Assembly (NCBI GenBank): GCA_945921465.1
Contig: CAMEKS010000002.1
Span: 189 to 64,188 of the forward strand
Length of the DNA: 64,000 nucleotides
From: an uncultured Clostridia bacterium
Lineage (GTDB): Bacteria > Bacillota > Clostridia > Christensenellales > UBA1242
Reading direction: 5' to 3'
Of this stretch, positions 56,184-64,000 are shown piece after piece (the stretch's first letter is position 1; every line of letters starts with the position of its first letter). Below the pieces are notes generated by a model. The model had not been told where the DNA came from, did not search any database, and saw nothing but the letters and a program-made list of their open reading frames with translations. Made by a program: the position numbers and the translations under genes.

Positions 56184-58139
56184 ATGGCAAGTACATACAA
56201 GAGTTCTAATATCGTGGTACTGGAAGGTTTGGATGCCGTTAGATTAAGGCCAGGTATGTATATTGGAACTACTGGGAGTAAAGGATTGCACCATATCTTG
56301 TGGGAGATTGTAGACAACTCGATAGATGAGATATCTAATGGATATGGTCACAAAGTAATTGTAACGATGAATGTAGATGGATCGGTATCTGTAGAAGATG
56401 ATGGCAGAGGTATACCAGTAGACAAACATCCAACAATGAATATGAGTGGTGTCGAAGTAGTATTTACGCAACTTCATGCTGGGGGCAAATTTAACAATGA
56501 CAACTACAAATATTCGGGTGGTTTGCACGGAGTTGGCGCCAGTGTAACAAATGCTCTGTCTGAATGGCTTAATGTGGTCGTGTGGAAAGATGGATACGAG
56601 TACACTATGGATTTTAAGACTATTAAGAAGTCAAATGGCAAGTATGCTGGTGGCGTACCACAAGGGCCATTGAAGAGAGTCTGTACCACTAGCAAAACTG
56701 GAACTAAGGTAACATTTAAGCCTGATGCTAAAATATTTGAAACTGTTCAATTCGAGTATGATATTATAGCAAAGAGATTAAAGGAATTGGCTTTTCTTAA
56801 TCAAGGGATTGAATTAGTGTTGGTGGATAATTCTTATAGTGAGGAAGAGACACATCGAGAGGTTACTTATAAGTACAATAATGGCCTGATTGACTTTATG
56901 AAATACCTTAACAAAGAGAAAACTACACTCTACAAAGAGCCAATTTATTTTGCCGATTCTAGTGATTTGGTAACGATAGAATGTGCTATTCATTATACTG
57001 ATGGATATGCTGAGAATGTATTTAGTTATGTTAATAATATCCCTACTAGTGAGGGTGGCACACATGAGACTGGTTTTAGATCTGGATTTACTAGGTCTAT
57101 TAATGAACTTGGAAGGAAATTCGGTATCATCAAAGAAAAAGAGTCTAACTTGACTGGTGATGACTTCAAAGAGGGCTTGGCAGTTGTATTATCTATTAAG
57201 ATGAAGAGCGTGCAATTTGAGGGACAAACTAAGAGCAAATTAGGCAATCCTGAGGCAAAAACTGAAGTTGATAGTCTGGTATATAAAAATATTATGCATT
57301 ATGGCAATGAGAAAAATAGCAAAGATGTTATTGCCGCTATTATTGCCAAAGCAAGACTGGCCCAAAAAGCAAGAGAGGCCGCAAAAAAGGCCAAAGATTT
57401 AACCAGGCAAGCTCATAGTGTAGACAAGTATAGCTTGGTTGGTAAATTGGCTAGTTGCTCTGGCAGAAACCCATTGCTTAACGAAGTATTTATTGTTGAG
57501 GGCGATAGTGCGGGTGGTAGTGCAAAACAAGCTAGAGATAGAAGATTTCAGGCAATTTTGCCACTACGTGGGAAACCACTTAATGTAGAGAAAAAACGTC
57601 TTAATCAGATTTTAGACAATGAGGAAATAAGAACAATAATTAGTGCTTTGGGTACGGGTATTGGCGATACATTTAACATTAACAACCTAAAGTATAACAA
57701 AGTAATAATTTTGGCAGATGCCGATCAAGATGGTGCTCATATAAGGTCTATATTGGTAACATTCTTCTATAGATATATGAAAGAACTAATATTGGACGGG
57801 CATGTATTTATAGGCATTGCGCCTCTATACAAAATAACTAAACGCAATGAGACCAAATACATTTATACTGATGACGATTATGTCAAAGCGACAAAAGGTT
57901 CTGCGTCATATACTGTGCAGCGTTTCAAAGGCTTGGGCGAGATGAATGCTGAACAATTGTGGGAGACCACTATGGATCCTGAACATAGAGTTCTGGTTCA
58001 AGTTACCTTAGATGATGTTGCTGAGGCTGAAAAAATGATAAATACTCTCATGGGTGACAATATTGAGGCAAGGAAGAAATATATAATAGAAAATGCCAAT
58101 TTTAATAAAGTATCAGTATTCGAAAAGGATAAAAAATAA
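56184..58139 (+). CDS. parE: type IIA topoisomerase subunit B, assigned to topoisomerase IV ParE
   Basis: GHKL ATPase ([25 protein letters not shown]) and TOPRIM ([19 protein letters not shown]). Assigned to topo IV through the partner A subunit. Confidence 0.65.
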   Translation: MASTYKSSNIVVLEGLDAVRLRPGMYIGTTGSKGLHHILWEIVDNSIDEISNGYGHKVIVTMNVDGSVSVEDDGRGIPVDKHPTMNMSGVEVVFTQLHAGGKFNNDNYKYSGGLHGVGASVTNALSEWLNVVVWKDGYEYTMDFKTIKKSNGKYAGGVPQGPLKRVCTTSKTGTKVTFKPDAKIFETVQFEYDIIAKRLKELAFLNQGIELVLVDNSYSEEETHREVTYKYNNGLIDFMKYLNKEKTTLYKEPIYFADSSDLVTIECAIHYTDGYAENVFSYVNNIPTSEGGTHETGFRSGFTRSINELGRKFGIIKEKESNLTGDDFKEGLAVVLSIKMKSVQFEGQTKSKLGNPEAKTEVDSLVYKNIMHYGNEKNSKDVIAAIIAKARLAQKAREAAKKAKDLTRQAHSVDKYSLVGKLASCSGRNPLLNEVFIVEGDSAGGSAKQARDRRFQAILPLRGKPLNVEKKRLNQILDNEEIRTIISALGTGIGDTFNINNLKYNKVIILADADQDGAHIRSILVTFFYRYMKELILDGHVFIGIAPLYKITKRNETKYIYTDDDYVKATKGSASYTVQRFKGLGEMNAEQLWETTMDPEHRVLVQVTLDDVAEAEKMINTLMGDNIEARKKYIIENANFNKVSVFEKDKK

Positions 58140-58141
58140 TT

Positions 58142-60718
58142 ATGCCAAAGAAAACAGATAGTAAGAAAATAGATATTACCGAAATTTCAAATAATCAAGA
58201 TCTAGAGGTTGCTGCTAAATCAAATACAGAGTCAAAAACAAAGCGTACAAAAAATCCTACTGTTGATGAAGTAAGTTCTAATTCAGTTGCTTCTAATGGG
58301 GGTAGTGAGGAATATATAACTAAGCCTATTGATGTGGTTATTCACGAGAGTATGTTACCTTATAGTGAGCATGTAATTATGGATAGAGCTTTGCCTAGAG
58401 TAGAAGATGGATTGAAGCCTGTTCAGCGTAGAGTATTATATAGTATGCTAGAAGTAGGTGTGTTACCAGATAGACCTTATCGAAAATCAGCACGTATAGT
58501 GGGAGACTGTATGGGTAGATATCACCCTCATGGAGACTCTAGTATATACGAGACAATGGTACGTATGGCACAACCATTTAATATGGGCGAGATATTGGTA
58601 GATGGTCATGGCAATTACGGAAGTGTTGACGGCGATGGTGCTGCTGCAATGCGTTATACCGAAGCACGACTTACTCCATTATCACTCGAACTTTTGCGTG
58701 ATATTGACAAAGATACTGTTAGTTGGAGTCTTAACTTCGATGATTCTTGCAAAGAACCAGATATGTTGCCTGGTAGATTCCCTAATCTATTAGTTAATGG
58801 CAGTATGGGTATTGCAGTAGGATTGGCTACAAATATCCCAACCCATAACTTAAAAGAATGTTGCGAAGCGGTATGTGCATATATAGACAACAAGAATATC
58901 ACATTAAAACAATTAATGAAAGTAATCCCTGGTCCAGATTTTCCTACAGGTGCATATATTCTTAAATCTAGCGAACTAGAACAAGTATATGCTTCTGGCA
59001 AAGGCAAAATTGTAATAAGGTCAAAATTCCATATCGAAAATGCAGATGGAGATAAGAAGAATATTGTCTTTACAGAAATACCTTATCAGGTAAATAAGGC
59101 AACATTATTGCAAAAAATAGCATCGCTAAAGGAAGCTGATGAGAAAGGTGATTTGTCTTATATACAAGATATAGTAGATGAATCTGATCGTAACGGAACT
59201 CGAGCAGTAATAAAATTGAAAAAAGATGCAAAAGTTCAAAATATACTTAATATTCTATTCAAACAAACCAATCTAGAAACTACATTCAATGCAAATATTG
59301 TAGCAATTGCGGATGGCAAGCCAAAGCAATTAAGCCTAATAGAAATATTGCAATATTATGTAGATTATCAGCAAAAAATCATTTATAACAGAACAAAATT
59401 TGATCTAGAGGCTTGTCTGAAAAAGGAACATATATTAGAAGGTCTACTGATAGCAATAAAAAATATTGATGAAGTAGTTAAAATAATTAAAACCAGCAAA
59501 AATGTAACTGATGCCAAGATTAATTTAATGCAAAAATTTACGCTGACTGATGTTCAGGCACAGGCTATATTAGATATGCGTTTGGCTAGACTTACTAGTC
59601 TAGAGGTTGATAAATTAGTTACAGAACTAAAGAGATTGAAAGATCTAATTGCTAGATATACTGCTATTCTTAAGAGTCCGGCTTTGCAGTTGAAGATAGT
59701 TAAACAAGAGATTATGGAAATTGCTAAGAAATATGGATCTCCTAGAAAGACCGAGTTTATTGCTGCAGAAGAATTTAATATAGTAGAGACAAATGGAAGT
59801 TCGGCAATACAAGAAGAATTAAATATTATATCTACTCCGCTAGGAACTATTAAGAGTGTTAATAAGAAAAGTTATAATATGGCAACAAAAGAGTTGGGTA
59901 GCAATCCGACAATTGCTGAAATTCCAGAAAACAATATTTTGTTAAGTAATTCTAGTACTCTAGGCATATTTACTAATGTCGGTAATTATATTCAACTAAA
60001 AGTATCTAACATTAATCAATGTAAATTCAAAGACAAAGGTGCCTATGTTAGTTCTTATGTCAAGAATGTATCCAACAAAGAGAAAGTTGTGTCTTTGTTC
60101 GAATTTAATGAAAGCAATTCTGACCAGAAACTGGTATTTGTTACTAGAAAAGGTATGGTCAAGGTGTCTAAAGTATCGGAGTATATATGTGCAAAAAGCG
60201 TTGTTGCTGGTATTAAAATGAAAGATGATGATGAACTGATCGGCGTTGAATTAATGAAAACAGGCGCGGAACTTGGTGTATTTACCAAATCCGGAATTGG
60301 TATGATTGTTCCTATCCAGGATATCGCATCGTCTGGTCGAGTAAGTATGGGTGTAAAAGCAATTTCTTTATCCAAGGACGATAGTGTAATTGGCTCTATG
60401 CAGTTAACCGAAGAGGATGCTGTGTGTCTATTTACTAATAACGGAATAATGCGAACAGTAAAGTATAAGTATATCCCTAAATCTCTAAGAAACAAAAAGG
60501 GTAGCCGACTAATCACTGTTAAGAATGGTGTGCCAAGCCTAGTGTACGCTAGTTTGCTATTGCCTAATATCGATTATGTTTTAGAGCAGAAAGATGGAAA
60601 ATTATCAATGATTAAGAACAAAGATATTGCTGTTGTAAAACCAACAGAAAAAGTTGCTCCGTTGAAATATGTTAAAGATTCTAATCCAGTAATCAATGTA
60701 TATAAGTATACATTATAA
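58142..60718 (+). CDS. parC: type IIA topoisomerase subunit A, assigned to topoisomerase IV ParC, with an N-terminal extension
   Basis: [14 protein letters not shown] (Q as in ParC, whereas GyrA has KPVHRR), catalytic AAMRYTE, and no GyrA-box QRRGGKG in the C-terminal domain. About 55 extra low-complexity N-terminal residues. Confidence 0.65.
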   Translation: MPKKTDSKKIDITEISNNQDLEVAAKSNTESKTKRTKNPTVDEVSSNSVASNGGSEEYITKPIDVVIHESMLPYSEHVIMDRALPRVEDGLKPVQRRVLYSMLEVGVLPDRPYRKSARIVGDCMGRYHPHGDSSIYETMVRMAQPFNMGEILVDGHGNYGSVDGDGAAAMRYTEARLTPLSLELLRDIDKDTVSWSLNFDDSCKEPDMLPGRFPNLLVNGSMGIAVGLATNIPTHNLKECCEAVCAYIDNKNITLKQLMKVIPGPDFPTGAYILKSSELEQVYASGKGKIVIRSKFHIENADGDKKNIVFTEIPYQVNKATLLQKIASLKEADEKGDLSYIQDIVDESDRNGTRAVIKLKKDAKVQNILNILFKQTNLETTFNANIVAIADGKPKQLSLIEILQYYVDYQQKIIYNRTKFDLEACLKKEHILEGLLIAIKNIDEVVKIIKTSKNVTDAKINLMQKFTLTDVQAQAILDMRLARLTSLEVDKLVTELKRLKDLIARYTAILKSPALQLKIVKQEIMEIAKKYGSPRKTEFIAAEEFNIVETNGSSAIQEELNIISTPLGTIKSVNKKSYNMATKELGSNPTIAEIPENNILLSNSSTLGIFTNVGNYIQLKVSNINQCKFKDKGAYVSSYVKNVSNKEKVVSLFEFNESNSDQKLVFVTRKGMVKVSKVSEYICAKSVVAGIKMKDDDELIGVELMKTGAELGVFTKSGIGMIVPIQDIASSGRVSMGVKAISLSKDDSVIGSMQLTEEDAVCLFTNNGIMRTVKYKYIPKSLRNKKGSRLITVKNGVPSLVYASLLLPNIDYVLEQKDGKLSMIKNKDIAVVKPTEKVAPLKYVKDSNPVINVYKYTL

Positions 60719-60907
60719 ATAGGTATTTTACTTAAATATAGCAAATTTTTGTCTATTGTTCGAGAATTATAAAAAAATATATTAATTAAAAAGAATTTGT
60801 ATTAAGTGTTAAGATAATTATATATATTGATATAGAAATAATAAATTTACTCTGCTTAAGTAGAAATGAACTTTTGATTAGATTACTATCTTATATTTAA
60901 TATCAAT

Positions 60908-60951
60908 AAAAATAATCATACCTCTAAGGGATTAAGGTATGATTATTTTTG
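60908..60951. terminator. bidirectional-looking terminator downstream of parC
   Basis: AATAATCATACC-13 nt-GGTATGATTATT flanked by an A-run and a T-run. Confidence 0.6.
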
Positions 60952-61064
60952 TTAAAAATATTGTAAAGTATTGCCAAATAATAAAAAATAATTTATTATA
61001 TTTTGCTAGTAATTGTTTCTTATAAAAGAATATATGTGTTACAATATAATAAGAGGTATTATAT

Positions 61065-62399
61065 ATGGAAAAACCATTGGTAGCGATAGTGGGTAGGCCT
61101 AATGTAGGTAAAAGTACACTATTTAATAGATTGTGCGGCAAAAGAATAAGTATTGTAGAAGATATGCCTGGTGTGACTAGGGATAGAATATATGGAGACG
61201 CAACATGGTGCGGCTATGCTTTTTCTTTGGTTGATACTGGCGGATTGGATATATTAAACAAGTCTAGTTTTCAACAAAATATAACTAGGCAAGCAGAAAT
61301 TGCTGTTGATCTGGCAGATGTTGTCATTTTGGTTGTCGATGGCAAAGAAGGGTTGGTTCCGGCAGACTATGATGCCGTTAATTTTCTAAGGAAATATAAT
61401 GTTCCAGTTGTTCTATGTGTTAACAAATTAGATAATTATGATGAGCAAAAATTGTATGAATTTTATAATCTAGGTATGGGAGAGCCAGTGGGTGTGTCGT
61501 CTGTACAAGGTATGGGTATTGGCGATTTGCTTGATGAGGTTGTGTCTAGATTCAAGTATAAATATAGCGAAGAAGCTGATAAGGATAAGATTAAGATAGC
61601 TATAGTGGGCAAGCCAAACGCAGGTAAATCTAGTTTGCTTAATAAGCTGGTAGGCGAGGAACGTGTAATGGTGTCGGATGTTGCAGGAACTACAAGAGAT
61701 GCAATTGATACTCCATTCCGATATAATAACAAAGATTATATGCTAATAGATACCGCGGGTATTAGGCGTAAACGTGCGATTGAACCGGAAAGTGTAGAAC
61801 TATATAGTATTCTTAGATCATTTGAATCAATTAAACGTGCTGATGTGGTTATAATAGTAGTGGATTCTAGCGAGGGTTTAAGTGAGCAAGATGTTAGAAT
61901 AGCGGGGTATGTTCACGAGGCGGGTAAGCCAAGTATAATATTGATGAATAAGTGGGATCTGATAGACAAAGATACTCAGACTATGGTTGAATTTAATAAA
62001 AAATTGGCTGAGGATTTGAAATTTATGGATTATTATATTCCGCTATACGTTTCTACTCTTACTGGACAACGTATTAACAAAATTATGGAGACGGTAGAGC
62101 GAGTGTATAACAATGCACATAATCGAATTGGTACAAGCGTTCTTAATGAAATTTTACAGTCTGCGATTTTGGTTAATGAGCCACCAGCAAGGTCTGGTAG
62201 ACGATGCAAAATATATTATATTACTCAGGCTGAAGTTGCTCCACCTACATTTGTTGTATTCTGCAATGATGCGAAATTGATGCATTTTTCTTATGTAAGA
62301 TATCTAGAGAATTGTATTAGGAAGAGTGTAGATTATTCTGGTACTCCGATTCGATTAATTATTAAGAGTAAGGTAGATAAAGATGATAACAATAATTAA
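61065..62399 (+). CDS. der: ribosome biogenesis GTPase Der (EngA)
   Basis: Two tandem GTPase domains (GRPNVGKST, GKPNAGKSS) and a KH-like C-domain. Confidence 0.95.
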   Translation: MEKPLVAIVGRPNVGKSTLFNRLCGKRISIVEDMPGVTRDRIYGDATWCGYAFSLVDTGGLDILNKSSFQQNITRQAEIAVDLADVVILVVDGKEGLVPADYDAVNFLRKYNVPVVLCVNKLDNYDEQKLYEFYNLGMGEPVGVSSVQGMGIGDLLDEVVSRFKYKYSEEADKDKIKIAIVGKPNAGKSSLLNKLVGEERVMVSDVAGTTRDAIDTPFRYNNKDYMLIDTAGIRRKRAIEPESVELYSILRSFESIKRADVVIIVVDSSEGLSEQDVRIAGYVHEAGKPSIILMNKWDLIDKDTQTMVEFNKKLAEDLKFMDYYIPLYVSTLTGQRINKIMETVERVYNNAHNRIGTSVLNEILQSAILVNEPPARSGRRCKIYYITQAEVAPPTFVVFCNDAKLMHFSYVRYLENCIRKSVDYSGTPIRLIIKSKVDKDDNNN

Positions 62400-63468
62400 G
62401 TTTATTCTTCTAGTTATTGCAGGCTATTTGCTTGGCAGTCTAAGTGTAGCTAGAATTATAACAAAACACAAAGATAGCGATATTACGTCAAAAGGTAGCG
62501 GCAATCCCGGCACTATGAATATGTTACGTAACTATGGGGCTAAATTAGGTTTTCTTACTTTGTTCTGTGATGCATTAAAGGCTGCAATTCCTGCTCTGAT
62601 TGGTAATTTTTTGCTATTTCCTGGTGATCCCAGTATGTCTTGTATTGCACTATATGTAGGTGGACTAAGTGCTGTATTGGGTCATATGTTTCCAATTTTT
62701 TATGGGTTTAAGGGTGGCAAAGGTATTGCCTGCACTGTTGGTGTATTTACAGTCGCTAATCCATTATTATCTCTAATAATTTTTGTGGCCGATTTTATAT
62801 TCTTTTATTTTATTAAAATTGGCAGCCTGGCAAGTATGATTTATATAATTTTATTTGCCATAATTAATAACTTCTTGACTACTGTAGACAATATGTTTGT
62901 CGCAATGATAATTATGTGGGTTATTGTTATTTTGGATGTTTTGGCACACAAAAGTAATTTTATTAGGCTATTCGCTAATGAGGAAAGGCTTACTTCTTTT
63001 AAGGAAGGGGTGCAAAAAGACTTAGACAGAATACAAGAGCGCAAATTAGAGAAATTGGGCGAGTTGGAAGAAAAAGAAGCATCTTTGGCAGAGATATATG
63101 AAGAGAAGTTGGTTAAGAATGAGAATAAGATTAATCAACAATTGGAGAAAGATACTATTCGTGTATCTAAACAAAAAGAACGATTGCAACATAAATATGC
63201 TAAGATTATAGAAGAAAAAAAGACTCATTCTAATGAAATTATTGAGGGTATGCAGGCTAGAATAGAAGAAAAGAAACAAAAAGAGACTAAGAAGGCTAGC
63301 AAAGCTGCTAGTAGAACTGCCAGAACTAAGTCTTCTAAGTCTAAAAGTTCTAATTCGTTAACTCTAAGGAAAAAGAATAACAATACTTCGAAATCAAAAT
63401 CAAATACTAAATCGACCAAGAACTATAATAAAAAAATTCTAAATAACACAACGAATATTACTGAATAA
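62383..63468 (+). CDS. plsY: glycerol-3-phosphate acyltransferase PlsY fused to a coiled-coil and basic C-terminal extension of about 160 aa
   Basis: PlsY motifs GSGNPGTMN and HMFPIFYGFKGGKG in aa 1-200. It follows der as usual. Residues 200-361 are K/E-rich heptads followed by a SKSKSS/KKxT tail. Confidence 0.88.
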   Translation: MITIIKFILLVIAGYLLGSLSVARIITKHKDSDITSKGSGNPGTMNMLRNYGAKLGFLTLFCDALKAAIPALIGNFLLFPGDPSMSCIALYVGGLSAVLGHMFPIFYGFKGGKGIACTVGVFTVANPLLSLIIFVADFIFFYFIKIGSLASMIYIILFAIINNFLTTVDNMFVAMIIMWVIVILDVLAHKSNFIRLFANEERLTSFKEGVQKDLDRIQERKLEKLGELEEKEASLAEIYEEKLVKNENKINQQLEKDTIRVSKQKERLQHKYAKIIEEKKTHSNEIIEGMQARIEEKKQKETKKASKAASRTARTKSSKSKSSNSLTLRKKNNNTSKSKSNTKSTKNYNKKILNNTTNITE

Positions 63469-63481
63469 AAATATATCAAAT

Positions 63482-63505
63482 AACGGCTTTAATTAGCCGT
63501 TTTTG
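63482..63505 (+). terminator. rho-independent terminator after plsY
   Basis: AACGGCT-TTAATT-AGCCGTT followed by a T-run. Confidence 0.7.
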
Positions 63506-63528
63506 ATTATATGAGGAGACTATATACA

Positions 63529-63981
63529 ATGACAAAAATAATAGTATGTTCTGATTCTCATGGCAAAAAAGACAGAATTAATAGACTGGCAAAAGAATAT
63601 GACTATAACTATTTTTTCTTTCTAGGTGATGGGATGAGTGATATTGGCGATTGGGACTTGTTAGATAATGTTGAGTGTGTTAGAGGCAATTGTGACTATT
63701 TTAGTACTGAACAATATGATAGAATATTAGAAATAGAAGACAAACGAGTGCTGCTAACACATGGCAATAATTATGGAGTTAAAGGCGGAATTGGGGCTTT
63801 GGCAAAATATGCAAAGGCTAACAAAATTGACATAGCCTTATTTGGTCATACACATCGATTTACGAAAGAGGAAGTAGATGGTGTAATGCTATTTAATCCG
63901 GGTTCTGTCAAGAACGGCTCTGCGGCAATTTTAACAATAGATAAGAGTGGTGTTAATTTTGAACAAATTGTAGCTGATTAA
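63529..63981 (+). CDS. YfcE/MJ0936 family metallophosphoesterase
   Basis: CSDSHG, LGDG, GNCD, THGN and GHTH motifs. GAGGAG RBS 9 nt before the ATG at 63529. Confidence 0.85.
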   Translation: MTKIIVCSDSHGKKDRINRLAKEYDYNYFFFLGDGMSDIGDWDLLDNVECVRGNCDYFSTEQYDRILEIEDKRVLLTHGNNYGVKGGIGALAKYAKANKIDIALFGHTHRFTKEEVDGVMLFNPGSVKNGSAAILTIDKSGVNFEQIVAD

Positions 63982-64000
63982 GATATAAGATATTTTCAGA

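Noticed and set aside
56184-60718. Annotation as DNA gyrase gyrB/gyrA
   Set aside because: The A subunit has KPVQRR (ParC-like) rather than KPVHRR and lacks a GyrA box. The pair is not next to dnaA/dnaN/recF. It is called parE/parC with moderate confidence only.
1-64000. Mobile elements, prophage, defence islands, tRNA or rRNA genes
   Set aside because: No transposase, integrase, phage structural protein, restriction-modification, cas, toxin-antitoxin or tRNA-like (T-arm GTTCGAATC) signature was seen on either strand. The window is core chromosome.

Overview
The window is an AT-rich chromosomal segment from an endospore-forming Firmicute (Clostridia- or Erysipelotrichia-like). Sporulation genes present are spoIIGA, pro-sigma-E, spoIVB, a SpoVB-like flippase and a DUF421/DUF4363 pair. 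About 55 CDS are called, and almost all are housekeeping. They cover Fe-S assembly (Rrf2-nifS-nifU), ftsK/spoIIIE-rimO-pgsA-cinA-like, and dnaG-sigA-trmK-zinc-ribbon. They also cover lepA-hemW, mraZ-rsmH-ftsL-PBP, glmM, ung, infC-rpmI-rplT, yebC, a COG0523 GTPase, murG, parE-parC and der-plsY. I saw no rRNA, tRNA, CRISPR array, transposase, integrase or recognisable defence system. A 55-aa clostridial ferredoxin that the ORF track misses is added, and many rho-independent terminators and several promoters or operators can be read directly. The most unusual item is a G+C-enriched, multi-helix RNA-like element of about 450 nt at 16.69-17.15 kb. It is bracketed by a 28-nt imperfect direct repeat that starts in the last codons of the upstream gene, and I cannot assign it to a known RNA class by eye. 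Other points worth a second look: (1) a 1141-aa type-I membrane protein with four CBM-like modules and a cytoplasmic coiled coil; (2) Lys/Ser/Thr-rich basic tails on PgsA, PlsY and a GNAT-like protein; (3) CinA-, Ppx/GppA- and GDPD-like proteins with degenerate catalytic motifs; (4) a Cys-containing orphan protein behind a mother-cell-type promoter where hrcA-dnaK normally sits; (5) widespread breakage of conserved gene clusters. All calls rest on motif and synteny recognition from the translated ORFs. No database search was run.
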